Translations under genes and position numbers: made by a program
DNA from: an uncultured Bdellovibrionales bacterium
GTDB lineage: Bacteria > Pseudomonadota > Alphaproteobacteria > Micavibrionales > SZUA-601
DNA: 64,000 nucleotides
Assembly: GCA_964496065.1 (NCBI GenBank)
Contig: CAZBXD010000004.1
Location: 153 to 64,152, forward strand
Direction of reading: 5' to 3'
In this document: piece after piece, positions 41,832 to 51,843 of the stretch
Position numbering within the stretch: the first letter of the stretch is position 1
Layout of the letters: every line of letters starts with the position of its first letter
Notes under the pieces: model-generated
Seen by the model: only the letters and a program-made list of their open reading frames with translations
Databases searched by the model: none
What the model was told of the DNA's origin: nothing

Positions 41832-43113
41832 TAGCAGGAGAGGATGTTTTTAACGCCCCCCATGGTTCTTCAAAGCCAAGTTTTTTTGCAACAGCTAGTC
41901 CGGAACATAGCGCATCTTCATGAAAACCGTAGCCGGCATAACTGCCACAGAACCAGGTTCGATTGACCCCTTGAATCGTGTGCAGCTTCTTTTGCGAGCC
42001 AATCATCGCAGCATTAAACATAGGGTGGTAATAAACCATTTTTTTGATGATAGTGTCTTCGCGCGGCGTAACCAGAGGATTGAGAGAAACAAAATACTCT
42101 GTCTCACTATCAAGACTTTGCAAACGGTTCATCCAATAGGTTACGGAGACTTTTGTTTGGTCATGTTCTTTATCGGCCATATAGTTCCAGCTTGACCAGA
42201 CACGCTTATTTTTTGGCATTAATCGCGCATCTGTATGAAGATAGGTTTCATTTTCACTATATTTAAATCCTTGCAAAACATCGCGCTCTTCTGTGGAGGG
42301 ATTTTGTAAGATCTTTAGCGCTTCATCACCATGGGTGGCAATGATTACCTGATCAAAAGAGTAAATATTAGTATTCCCATCTTTAATCGTTGTCAGTGTG
42401 ACACTATCTTTGCCGCGTAGAACATGACTAACCTGCTCATCGCGTTTGATTTTGTCTTTGAAATTAGCGGTTAAGCGGTCGATATATTCTTTTGATCCGC
42501 CATCAACGGTGCGCCAGGTTGGGCGACGTCTGATCTTTAAGAGTCCATGATTTTCACAAAAATGAATGAAGGTTGAAGCAGGAAATTCAAGCATTTTCTC
42601 GGCCGGCGTTGACCAAATTGCCGCTCCCATTGGAATGAGGTGATTATTAATAAAGGCTTTGCTGTATTTATAATGTTCAAGAAAACGCCCTAATGTCACT
42701 CGACTATTGGGATGGCGGGCAACCCAAATCGGAGCTTGATAATAGAATTTAGTAATATCACGCAGCATGCGCCAATAAGAAAAATTCAAAAGATTTTTGC
42801 GCTGGGCGAAAATTGTATTTAAGCTATCGCCAGCATATTCAAGCTTACCTTGATCAACAGAGACGGCAAAAGACATATCAGAGCGTTTAACAGGGACCTC
42901 TAAATGACGAAAAAGTTGGATTAGATGGGGATAAGTCCAATCATTGTAGACAATAAATCCGGTGTCGACCGGAACACCTTCTGGGGTTTGTACAGTATGA
43001 CTATGACCACCAATTCGGGCACGCTTTTCGAATACGGTGATTTCATATTTTTCATGCAGCGCCCATGCTGCAGCGAGGCCAGCAATTCCGGTGCCAATTA
43101 TTGCCATTTTCAT
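41782..43113 (-). CDS. NAD(P)/FAD-dependent oxidoreductase (amine-oxidase-like)
   Basis: 443 aa. N-terminal MAIIGTGIAGLAAAWAL dinucleotide fold. Conserved partner of DUF1365 and cfa. Confidence 0.85.
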   Translation of the reverse strand: MKMAIIGTGIAGLAAAWALHEKYEITVFEKRARIGGHSHTVQTPEGVPVDTGFIVYNDWTYPHLIQLFRHLEVPVKRSDMSFAVSVDQGKLEYAGDSLNTIFAQRKNLLNFSYWRMLRDITKFYYQAPIWVARHPNSRVTLGRFLEHYKYSKAFINNHLIPMGAAIWSTPAEKMLEFPASTFIHFCENHGLLKIRRRPTWRTVDGGSKEYIDRLTANFKDKIKRDEQVSHVLRGKDSVTLTTIKDGNTNIYSFDQVIIATHGDEALKILQNPSTEERDVLQGFKYSENETYLHTDARLMPKNKRVWSSWNYMADKEHDQTKVSVTYWMNRLQSLDSETEYFVSLNPLVTPREDTIIKKMVYYHPMFNAAMIGSQKKLHTIQGVNRTWFCGSYAGYGFHEDALCSGLAVAKKLGFEEPWGALKTSSPASDNTIRNEEHKNDNPE

Positions 43114-43117
43114 AGCG

Positions 43118-44575
43118 TTAATCTTTCTTTATTTGAGCAAAAGCTTCAAGGGCTTTTTCACGACTGGTTTTTAAATTAACAATCGGGTTGGGGTATGTTT
43201 GTCCTAAAGTCACACCAGCTTCTTTTAAGATAAGGGGGCCAGCCTCCCATGGTTTGTGAATATATTGTTTCGGCATATTTTTCAATTCAGGCACATAGCG
43301 GCGGACATAATTCCCATCAGGGTCAAAGCGTTCCCCCTGTGTGACAGGATTAAAAATTCGAAAATACGGCGCAGCATCCGCACCACATCCGGCAACCCAT
43401 TGCCAGCCTTGCGTATTATTCGCCAGATCCGCATCAACCAGGCAATCCCAAAACCATTGTTCGCCAGCGCGCCAATCAATCAAAATATTTTTCACCAGCA
43501 GAGAACCAACTAACATCCGCAGACGATTATGCATCCACCCCGTTTGCCACAATTGCCGCATACCTGCATCAACAATTGGAATCCCAGTCAGACCTTTTTG
43601 CCAGGCATTCAAACTTTTTTCGTTTTTATCCCATGGGACTTTTTGAAACTTATCGTAAAGGGGTTGATCCGGTGTTTTAGGATAATGAAATAAGAGGTGG
43701 TAGGAAAATTCTCGCCACCCAATCTCGCTAATGAAGTGACGAATATTCTTATAAGCAGGGGCTTTTTCTGGAGTTGAATCAAGTAAAGGCTTCACTTTAT
43801 GCCAGATAGATAATGGAGAGATTTCACCAAAATGCAAATGCGGCGAGAGCAATGATGTCGCATCAATCGCTGGAAAGTCACGCTCATCTTTATAGGTATT
43901 GATTTTTTGAGCAACAAAATCGTCAAATCGTTTTAGTGCTGCTGCTTCGCCTATGTCCCAAAAATCATGCATCCCTCCAGACCAATCTGGCTTGGTGGGT
44001 AAGAGATCCCAAGAATTTAAATCATCACTGTTAACAGAGACATTCGAGGCTTTTTGAGATGGGATCGGATAAGGATCACGCAGATGTGGGTCAGACATAC
44101 AGGTTTTCCAAAAAGGGGTGAAGACACGAAAAGGTTGACCAGATTTATTTTCAATTTCCCAGGGTTCAAATAAAAGACGACCATTGAAGGTTTGAACGTC
44201 GATCCCTTGATCGATTAGGGTTGCTTTAATTTTTTTATCACGTGCAATTGACCAGGGTTCATAGTTACGATTCCAATAGACGCCATCAGCGCCGACGTCT
44301 TCGATTAATCGGGGTAAAATATGTGCAGCATTGCCTTTTTTTAAAATAAGAGGCAAGGAAAGTTTTTGCTCTAGGTCTTTTTGTAAAGAACGCAAGCTGT
44401 GATGAAGCCACCAGCGTGCTGCTGCGCCACGTTTCCAGCTTCCGGGCGTTATGTCGTCGAGAATAAAAATCGGCAGAATCGAGTCGCTCTTAAGGCAGGC
44501 GTGATGGAGTGCTGGATTATCATAAAGCCGTAGATCATAACGGAGCCATACAATAATTGGTGAATTTTTTGCCAT
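43118..44575 (-). CDS. phrB: deoxyribodipyrimidine photolyase (cryptochrome/photolyase family)
   Basis: 485 aa. TGIPIVDAGMRQLWQTGWMHNRLRMLVGS and a WREF-type FAD-binding region. Confidence 0.93.
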   Translation of the reverse strand: MAKNSPIIVWLRYDLRLYDNPALHHACLKSDSILPIFILDDITPGSWKRGAAARWWLHHSLRSLQKDLEQKLSLPLILKKGNAAHILPRLIEDVGADGVYWNRNYEPWSIARDKKIKATLIDQGIDVQTFNGRLLFEPWEIENKSGQPFRVFTPFWKTCMSDPHLRDPYPIPSQKASNVSVNSDDLNSWDLLPTKPDWSGGMHDFWDIGEAAALKRFDDFVAQKINTYKDERDFPAIDATSLLSPHLHFGEISPLSIWHKVKPLLDSTPEKAPAYKNIRHFISEIGWREFSYHLLFHYPKTPDQPLYDKFQKVPWDKNEKSLNAWQKGLTGIPIVDAGMRQLWQTGWMHNRLRMLVGSLLVKNILIDWRAGEQWFWDCLVDADLANNTQGWQWVAGCGADAAPYFRIFNPVTQGERFDPDGNYVRRYVPELKNMPKQYIHKPWEAGPLILKEAGVTLGQTYPNPIVNLKTSREKALEAFAQIKKD

Positions 44576-44725
44576 AACGATTGATCTTGTTCTAAAATTC
44601 TATTATAAAAGGTGACATTACGTATTCACCATATAGACTCTCGTTGATTATTTGAATACGATGATTACAACAAAATCATATATTTTTATTAGACCCTAAC
44701 ACATTTAATTGAGAAGGATTAACCA

Positions 44726-45163
44726 ATGACACCATTTAAAAAGACACTTTTGGCTTTACCTGTTGCACTTTTAGCCATTGCCTGTGGCCCGCAAAGTGAT
44801 GCTGGCGAAACAACAACGTTAAGCGAAGCAACTTCGACTGTTGGCGAAGCAACACAAACTGTAACAGATGCTGCAACACAAGCAGCGACTGATTTAGCCG
44901 ATATGGCTACATCGGCTGGTGAAGAGGCAGAAGAAGCCGTAAAAGACGCCTATGATACCGTTGCTGAAACAGTTGAAGATGCTACGCAAGAGGCAACAGA
45001 AACAGCAACTGAAACTGCTGAAGATGTAACAGAAGCTACCGAAGAGATAGCTGAAGAAACAGAAGAAAGCATGAAAGATATTGCCCCAGCAGCGGGGGAT
45101 GCCGCGACAGATAGTTTCGAAGCTATCGAAGATGGGACAGAAGACATGAAGAAAACTTACTAA
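44726..45163 (+). CDS. acidic low-complexity lipoprotein
   Basis: Lipobox LLAIAC, followed by degenerate A-T-E/D-rich repeats (ATQ..ATE..TAE). 145 aa. Terminator downstream. Confidence 0.65.
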   Translation: MTPFKKTLLALPVALLAIACGPQSDAGETTTLSEATSTVGEATQTVTDAATQAATDLADMATSAGEEAEEAVKDAYDTVAETVEDATQEATETATETAEDVTEATEEIAEETEESMKDIAPAAGDAATDSFEAIEDGTEDMKKTY

Positions 45164-45185
45164 GTTTTTTGCTTTAATTTTTTTA

Positions 45186-45212
45186 AGAGAGCCTGGTTAT
45201 TATTAATCAGGC
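45186..45212 (+). terminator. rho-independent terminator
   Basis: GAGCCTG-loop-CAGGCTC hairpin followed by TTTTTT. Confidence 0.75.
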
Positions 45213-45218
45213 TCTTTT

Positions 45219-46508
45219 TTATTGAGGGGTGGATTTATCATCCTCAACACCAAAAAATTCTAACTGCCAGATCATATCTTGCTCTGAAAGAGGGTAGTCC
45301 TCACCACCACGCGCAAGCAGGACTTTATTATGCGGTACTTTGGCAATTTGCTGTTGAATTTTAATGGCGGTGCGCATCGTTACTCCGGCACGCCAACATA
45401 ATGAAACAGTGGCCTTGGCTGATCCCATTTCCAACATTTTTTTGGCAATATCAGGATGAATCCGCGCCATGAACGCCAAAGCAATTTGGACAAATTCATG
45501 TTCCGACCAAGATATCGCATCAAGCAGACTTTCTTCATTGAGCTGTTTTGTTTTGGCTAGGCGTTTGACTTTCTCCAAAGGGGGCTCATCATCTCTTCCC
45601 TCTTCAATCCAATCGATCCGACGCCGAGTAGTATCAATGACATCCCGGGTTGTAGCTCGGTCAAGATTAGCGTTTTTTTTCAAAAATTTTCGGACTGAAT
45701 TATCAATCATAATAGAAAATTTACGCTTTACTTTGCGCGGTAACGTCCCGCGTTTAACCATTGCTTGGTCCCATTCAGGGATGGTACGCGCTTGTTCTAC
45801 AATATATTGTGCAACGTTTTTCGGGATGTCGGCGCCATCATTATTGATCACCGTTGTAGCGGCGGCAATATTATCACTGTTAATAATACTTTCTGTTATC
45901 GGGCCGGAGAGACGTTTGCGCTGTGCAATGGTATTGACCTTCCATCCCAGTGGTTGGGCCTTGATAATATCGAGTAAAATATCATCAGGCAGGCAAATGC
46001 CAAAACGCAGGATCGGTCCAGATACATCACGCTCAATATCTTCTGCTAATTTTCTGGCAATTTTTGGTGGTGTTTTAGCGACATCTTTTAAACTCGATGA
46101 CAGGGCAACGCGAATATTGGTGACCTTATCCTCTGCTAAGATACCGAGCGCCTTGACAGTCATGGAATAAATCTCTGACTGTTCATCGACTGTCAGATGA
46201 GGCAGGAGTTTGGTTAAACGGTTTGCTAAAATTAATCGAACATCATCATCACTATCATGGGCTAGTTTAAGATTGGTTCGTCCATGATTGGCTTTGTTAT
46301 CAGCCACAGCCCGGCGCACACCTATATCATGATCATCGGCAAGAACTTCCAACACATCCGGATCAGCCCGCCGCGCAGAGGCAAGATCTGTGCGCTCGGC
46401 GATGGTTTTGGTTTCCATTTCTTTTTCAATATCATTATGTGAGCGTTTTGGCGTATTCGCGCTCGCATCATCCAGCAAAAATGGCAAATATTTATCGATA
46501 AATCCCAT
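45219..46508 (-). CDS. DUF2336-like protein
   Basis: 429 aa helical-repeat protein. The pattern (VRRAVA, DVRLILANRL, ERDVSGPILRF, LLARGGEDYPLSEQDMIWQLEFF) matches my memory of alphaproteobacterial DUF2336. Confidence 0.6.
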   Translation of the reverse strand: MGFIDKYLPFLLDDASANTPKRSHNDIEKEMETKTIAERTDLASARRADPDVLEVLADDHDIGVRRAVADNKANHGRTNLKLAHDSDDDVRLILANRLTKLLPHLTVDEQSEIYSMTVKALGILAEDKVTNIRVALSSSLKDVAKTPPKIARKLAEDIERDVSGPILRFGICLPDDILLDIIKAQPLGWKVNTIAQRKRLSGPITESIINSDNIAAATTVINNDGADIPKNVAQYIVEQARTIPEWDQAMVKRGTLPRKVKRKFSIMIDNSVRKFLKKNANLDRATTRDVIDTTRRRIDWIEEGRDDEPPLEKVKRLAKTKQLNEESLLDAISWSEHEFVQIALAFMARIHPDIAKKMLEMGSAKATVSLCWRAGVTMRTAIKIQQQIAKVPHNKVLLARGGEDYPLSEQDMIWQLEFFGVEDDKSTPQ

Positions 46509-46548
46509 AGTGAAAGAAGATACAAGAAAATCTCTTAAAAAAAGATAA

Positions 46549-47616
46549 TCAATACTCTGTGCTTGTCATTTCGTGTAAGCGGCTGAGGGTGCGTTCAAAT
46601 TCTTTCTCAAGCTTACCACTCGTGTACAAATCTTTTGGTAATACGGCGGATCGGATAATCAGCTTGGCATTGGCATCATAAAACGTATCGACAAGGAGAA
46701 TAAATCGTTTAACAACATCACTCTGTTCTGGATTGAAAGCTGGTAAATTATCAAGGAAAAGAATTGAAAAATGCTCTGTCAGGGCAATAAAATCTGCCGC
46801 GCCATAGGGCTGTTCTAAAAGATTGGAATAGGGTGTAAAAGCAATCTTCCCCGTTGCTTTGGGGAGTGTAATGTTGTGCCCTTTTACTGTGAGGGTAAAA
46901 GGTGCGCTCTTTGCCTGTGAGCCAGTAAGGTCATTAAAAAAACGGTTAAACTCTTTTTGGGTTTGTTGTGTGAGAGGAGTAAACCAACCCTGAGCAGATT
47001 TCAGTTTTTCCATGCGATAATCGATGCCATCACAAATTTCAAAAATATCCATCTCGTCTTTTAGTAAATCAATAAAGGGTAGAAATCGTTCCCGTTGTAG
47101 CCCATCTAGATAGAGATTGTCTGGCGCCCAATTAGAGGTTGTCACAACCACAACTTCTTTCTCAAATAGGCGGGTAAAAAGCGGTTTCAGGATCATGGCA
47201 TCGGCGACGTCGGTGACATGAAATTCATCAAAACAGAGAATATCAACCTCCTCATCAATCATATCGGCGACTGCTTGAATTCGGTTTTCATGGCTCTCAT
47301 CCTGTGTGAGAGTTTTGAGTTTCTCATGGACATCAATCATAAATTGATGGAAATGGATACGTTTTTTATAAGACGTCGTCAGCGATTGATAAAATAAATC
47401 CATCAACATGGTTTTGCCGCGCCCAACGGGTCCAAAGAGATAAATACCTTTGATCCGTTTGTCCCGCATTGAAAAAAATGGAAATTGGAAGCGCTTTTCA
47501 TGATCGGCGAGACGCCGCCTCAGGTGATTCAAAAGTGTGACCGCCCCCTCTTGGGCTTCATCAGGTTCAATTTCCCCGGCAGCAATCAGGGCTTGATATT
47601 CTTCTCTGATAGGCAT
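46549..47616 (-). CDS. zapE: AFG1/ZapE family ATPase
   Basis: 355 aa. Walker A GPVGRGKTMLMD and Walker B ILCFDEFHV. Confidence 0.88.
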   Translation of the reverse strand: MPIREEYQALIAAGEIEPDEAQEGAVTLLNHLRRRLADHEKRFQFPFFSMRDKRIKGIYLFGPVGRGKTMLMDLFYQSLTTSYKKRIHFHQFMIDVHEKLKTLTQDESHENRIQAVADMIDEEVDILCFDEFHVTDVADAMILKPLFTRLFEKEVVVVTTSNWAPDNLYLDGLQRERFLPFIDLLKDEMDIFEICDGIDYRMEKLKSAQGWFTPLTQQTQKEFNRFFNDLTGSQAKSAPFTLTVKGHNITLPKATGKIAFTPYSNLLEQPYGAADFIALTEHFSILFLDNLPAFNPEQSDVVKRFILLVDTFYDANAKLIIRSAVLPKDLYTSGKLEKEFERTLSRLHEMTSTEY

Positions 47617-47621
47617 GAGCG

Positions 47622-49304
47622 TTAAGGTGTTGGCTTGGAGTGTAAAATAGAATCGGCACCGGTTGTAATTGCCATCAGCAGGGCATCGCTACTCGTTAGG
47701 ACATGCGCGTTGAGAAAATCCAGTTCATTTTGATACGGGAAGGCATCATCATTACTTTTTGCTTTCGCAAGATAATAAACCCCTGCAGTTTGAGCAAAAA
47801 GCGTGAGGTAAAGAGTCGATACAGCGGCCACAGCATCAAGATTTTCCGTGCCGGTTTTCAAAACCCATTCCGTTGCTGTTTCAACGGCCTTAATCGCTTT
47901 ACCCAAATGAATCCCTGGCAATTTATCAGCGACCGCCTTCATTTCCTTAAGGAAGGCCGTGGCACCTGCCCCGCCATCTCGTAGGGTTTTTCGAAAAACA
48001 AGATCATTGGCTTGAATGCCATTCGTCCCCTCATAAATCGGTAAGATCCGGGCATCGCGCAGAAGTTGCGCTGCGCCGGTTTCCTCAATAAACCCCATCC
48101 CTCCATGTATTTGGATATTCATGGAGGTTAGACGAATCGATTGGTCGGTACACCACGCCTTCACGAGGGGGGTGAGCAGATCAACGCGTGCCTGTTCTGC
48201 TGGATCGTTTTGAGCCCGATCAAGCTGTATCGCTGCGGCATAGGTTAAGGCGCGCATCGCGATGATGTGACTGCGCATATCCAACAACATCCGTTTAACA
48301 TCCGGGTGGTGCACGATGGCTGTCCGATTCACCTTATCACCGGTGAGAGAAAAGCCTTGGATGCGTTCTTGGGCATAATGCAGCGCCTGTTGATAGGCGC
48401 GGTCACTAATTGCAACACCTTGGAGACCAACAGAAAGCCGGGCATTATTCATCATTGTGAACATATATTTCAAACCATGATGTGCCTCTCCGACCAAATA
48501 GCCAACCGCCTCATCAAATTGCATCACCGCTGTGGGCGAGGCGTGAATTCCAAGCTTATGTTCTAAAGAAACACAAGACAGGGTGTTGCGCGTACCATCA
48601 TCTAAAACCTTTGGGACAATAAACAAAGAAATCCCCTTCACACCCTCTGGAGCATTGGGCAAACGTGCAAGGACAAGATGAATGATATTATCCGTCATGT
48701 CATGTTCGCCATAAGTAATGTAAATCTTACTCCCCGTCACGCTATAGTGATCGCCATTTGGTTCTGCTTTTGAGCGGATGGCAGACAGATCAGAGCCAGC
48801 TTGCGGCTCTGTTAAATTCATTGTGCCTGTCCATTCTCCAGCAATAAGCTTGGGCAGGTATTTTTGCTTCAACTCGTCGGATGCATGATGCAAAATTGCC
48901 TCAATCGCCCCTTGATTGAGAAGAGGACAAAGCCCGAAGGCGAGCGAGCCCGCCTGCCACAACTCCTGAATAGCGAAGGCCAACCCGCTCGGCAGACCTT
49001 GTCCACCATAGGTAGTTGGGAAGGGCACGGCATTCCAACCAGATTGGTAATATTGTTTGTAAGCGTCTTTGAATTCTTGCGGCATTTTAGCGATGCCATC
49101 GGTGAGGGTAACACCTTTTTGGTCGCCGATCGGATTGAGGGGCGCAATGACCTCCGCGGCCAGTTTTCCGGCCTCCTCGATGATGGCATCAACAAGGTCA
49201 TCGGTGAGATCGCCATCGGTATTGGCAAGGATAGTCTCATTCAGCCCGGCCATGTGGCGCAAAGCGTAGAGCATATCTTTTAATGGAGGTGTATAAACAG
49301 TCAT
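47622..49304 (-). CDS. acyl-CoA dehydrogenase (long form with C-terminal extension)
   Basis: 560 aa. ACAD N, middle and C-terminal domain pattern (GTMNLTEPQAGSD, IYEGTNGIQ). Confidence 0.88.
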   Translation of the reverse strand: MTVYTPPLKDMLYALRHMAGLNETILANTDGDLTDDLVDAIIEEAGKLAAEVIAPLNPIGDQKGVTLTDGIAKMPQEFKDAYKQYYQSGWNAVPFPTTYGGQGLPSGLAFAIQELWQAGSLAFGLCPLLNQGAIEAILHHASDELKQKYLPKLIAGEWTGTMNLTEPQAGSDLSAIRSKAEPNGDHYSVTGSKIYITYGEHDMTDNIIHLVLARLPNAPEGVKGISLFIVPKVLDDGTRNTLSCVSLEHKLGIHASPTAVMQFDEAVGYLVGEAHHGLKYMFTMMNNARLSVGLQGVAISDRAYQQALHYAQERIQGFSLTGDKVNRTAIVHHPDVKRMLLDMRSHIIAMRALTYAAAIQLDRAQNDPAEQARVDLLTPLVKAWCTDQSIRLTSMNIQIHGGMGFIEETGAAQLLRDARILPIYEGTNGIQANDLVFRKTLRDGGAGATAFLKEMKAVADKLPGIHLGKAIKAVETATEWVLKTGTENLDAVAAVSTLYLTLFAQTAGVYYLAKAKSNDDAFPYQNELDFLNAHVLTSSDALLMAITTGADSILHSKPTP

Positions 49305-49345
49305 ATTTTCACCATAAACCGCAAGCGTTTAAAAAGGGTTTCCGT

Positions 49346-49543
49346 TCATATAAAAAATCCGCTATTGAAGATAATTGCCCCAAGTAAGCCCAAAAGAGCA
49401 CAAAGCCAGACAAGGGGGCCATATTTTTTCTGTAGCGTTTTATCGTGGCGCAGCTCATCCTTGGTTTTATCGCGCAGCAGATATTTCACAATCGTCATAC
49501 CGATGATAAAACCGAGTATAAAACCAATCACATACGAGATCAT
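49346..49543 (-). CDS. hypothetical small membrane protein (2 TM)
   Basis: 65 aa. Two hydrophobic helices flank a basic loop. Confidence 0.45.
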   Translation of the reverse strand: MISYVIGFILGFIIGMTIVKYLLRDKTKDELRHDKTLQKKYGPLVWLCALLGLLGAIIFNSGFFI

Positions 49544-49609
49544 CTTTCCCCCTATTTTTTTGTGTTGTGCCTGGCTACACTATAGCAACACCTATGGGAT
49601 AGTAAAATA

Positions 49610-50407
49610 ATGACCTTTATTCATCTGATTACATTAGCTCTTGTACAGGGTATCACGGAATTTTTACCAGTGAGCTCCAGTGGGCATTTGGTTTTGGTGC
49701 CGATTTTCTTGAGTAAGCAAGATCATGGTTTGATGCTGGATGTTGCCGCACATGGTGGATCATTATTGGCGGTGATGGGATATTTTTATCGTGACGTAGT
49801 CCAAATTTTTCAAGGCGGGTTGGATACAATTTTACGGCGTCAAAGCCCACAACGTTTTCTTTTTCTCAGCATTTTAATAGCAACCATCCCGGGGCTTGTT
49901 ATTGGTGGATTGCTACATTTTTACGCTAGTAATTTGTTTCGTCATGCTGGGGTTATTGCGGCCACGAGTGCTGGGTTTGGTGTGCTTCTCTGGTGGGTGG
50001 ATCGGCAGGCACCATCGCAAAAAACGCTTATGCGCATGACTCTTAAATCGGCGTTTTTAATCGGATGTGCACAAATCCTTGCCTTTATTCCAGGGACATC
50101 CCGCTCTGGAATCACCATGACGATGGCCCGGTATTTTGGTTTTGATCGTGATAGTGCGGCCCGGTTTTCAATGTTTTTGTCGATGCCAATTATTGGGGCG
50201 GCTGTGCTTATCTATGTTTTAGAGGGGGTTCGTAGGGGGAGTGATATTATTCTTAGTGCAGATTTCTTTATTGTATTGGGGCTGTCTTTCCTGGCCTCTA
50301 TCTTATCAATTCATTGGCTGTTAATTTGGCTAAAAAAACGTAGCTTTGCGGTTTTTGCGCTTTACCGGCTTGCTCTTTCAGGACTTATTATTCTCTTAGT
50401 TTTATAA
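49610..50407 (+). CDS. uppP: undecaprenyl-diphosphate phosphatase
   Basis: 265 aa. GITEFLPVSSSGHL and PGTSRSG motifs. Confidence 0.93.
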   Translation: MTFIHLITLALVQGITEFLPVSSSGHLVLVPIFLSKQDHGLMLDVAAHGGSLLAVMGYFYRDVVQIFQGGLDTILRRQSPQRFLFLSILIATIPGLVIGGLLHFYASNLFRHAGVIAATSAGFGVLLWWVDRQAPSQKTLMRMTLKSAFLIGCAQILAFIPGTSRSGITMTMARYFGFDRDSAARFSMFLSMPIIGAAVLIYVLEGVRRGSDIILSADFFIVLGLSFLASILSIHWLLIWLKKRSFAVFALYRLALSGLIILLVL

Positions 50408-50513
50408 AAAAACAGCTTTTGTAAAAATTAGCTAAAATTTAAGGCCTTTCCGGCTTAATAGACGCTAGAGTCTCCTGATCTCTTCTTAAAAAATAATAAC
50501 ATCTTGAGTATCT

Positions 50514-51812
50514 ATGTCGGATGATAAATTGAATGTCTTTGCGGGTCGCCTCAACCAGAAGGAGTTAGAGGAGTTATTAGCACTGCACAACATGTTCCTG
50601 ATCGGTCGATCAGGGGGCAAGCGCTTGACCTTGCAATTTATGAATTTGTCTGGGCTCGACTTCTCTGGTAAAAATCTCAAAGATTCCATTTTAACAGGCT
50701 CAGCGTTTATTTCTGCAAATTTTGAGCGTGCTATTCTTGATCGAGCCAATATGTTTGGCTGTGACTTGCGTAATGCTAATCTTGAAAATGCAAGCCTAAG
50801 ACGGACTGATCTGCGCGGGACATGTGCACGCGGCGCTAAGCTCAGTGGGGCAGATATGGATGGATCAGATCTGCGTGAAGGGCAAGTCCTTTCCTATGAA
50901 CGTTCGGGGGAATTACAATCGCTTTATGTTGATATGTCGCCACCAGATAATAATGGCAATACCGACTTTTCTAAAACAACCATGAGAAAAGCTAAGTTGA
51001 ATGGGGCGGAGGCAACCAAGGCAGATTTCAGTGACTCTGAGATGACGGCAGTACAGATGAAAAATGCTAATCTTCGAGGCGCTAAATTTGAAGGTGCGAA
51101 TTTAGAAAATGCCAATATGCAAGGCGCTAAGATGCAGGGTGCAATCTTACGTGATGCTATCATGTTTGGTGCGAATACGGGGATGGTTGATTTTGAAGGC
51201 GCGGATATGGAGGGCGTGATTCTTGATAAAAATGTTAAGGATGTCTCCGATCTGGAAGCCCCGCTTGATGAGTTGATTAAGAAACATATTTTATGGGTTG
51301 ATACGGCTGGACAAGAGGGGGCCTATCTTGATTTGACAGGCTATGATTTACGCTCTGTCGGGACGCTGGTTGATGCCCGTCTAACGGCAATTAAGGCGAT
51401 AGGGACAAATTTTTACGGTATGGATCTTACGGCAATTGAGATGCAGCATGCAATCTTGGAAGATGCTGATTTTCGCTATTGTAAGATGGAAGGGTCTGAT
51501 CTGCGTGGTGGTCAGATGGCTCGGGCGAAATTCTTGCGGGCAGAATTAAAAAATTCTGACTTTCAACCGCTAGTCATGGAAGATGAAAGTGAGAAAAATG
51601 TTGATCTGTCTGGCGCAAATTTCAAATATGCTGACTTACGCGGCGTTAAATTTCGTAATGCGAATTTACAGGGGGCGGATCTTTCCTTCGCTAAAATTTT
51701 TAATACTGATTTCACCAATGCAAACTTATCCGATGTGGCCACTGAAGGGACGTCCTTGATTGGGGCTAAGCTTAAAAACACCACGATGCCGGATGGCTCA
51801 GTTGAGTCGTGA
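50514..51812 (+). CDS. pentapeptide-repeat protein (two repeat modules)
   Basis: 432 aa. Long runs of A(D/N)LxG-type pentads (ANLENASLRRTDLRG, ANLRGAKFEGANLENANMQGAKMQGA). Each module is headed by an L..H..W/F...G..G helix motif. Confidence 0.88.
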   Translation: MSDDKLNVFAGRLNQKELEELLALHNMFLIGRSGGKRLTLQFMNLSGLDFSGKNLKDSILTGSAFISANFERAILDRANMFGCDLRNANLENASLRRTDLRGTCARGAKLSGADMDGSDLREGQVLSYERSGELQSLYVDMSPPDNNGNTDFSKTTMRKAKLNGAEATKADFSDSEMTAVQMKNANLRGAKFEGANLENANMQGAKMQGAILRDAIMFGANTGMVDFEGADMEGVILDKNVKDVSDLEAPLDELIKKHILWVDTAGQEGAYLDLTGYDLRSVGTLVDARLTAIKAIGTNFYGMDLTAIEMQHAILEDADFRYCKMEGSDLRGGQMARAKFLRAELKNSDFQPLVMEDESEKNVDLSGANFKYADLRGVKFRNANLQGADLSFAKIFNTDFTNANLSDVATEGTSLIGAKLKNTTMPDGSVES

Positions 51813-51843
51813 CTCTTAGTCTCATCCTCTTTATAAAAGGGGT

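Noticed and set aside
44576-44725. Possible sigmaE/ChrR-type promoter upstream of the phr cluster; a TGATC and a CGTAT are present in the region.
   Set aside because: The two elements are on the wrong strand or at the wrong spacing relative to phr. I do not trust my recollection of the consensus enough to call it.
50486-50749. 87-aa minus-strand ORF overlapping the 5' end of the pentapeptide-repeat gene.
   Set aside because: It is antisense to a clear repeat-protein gene, and pentapeptide coding repeats generate open antisense frames. There is no independent support.
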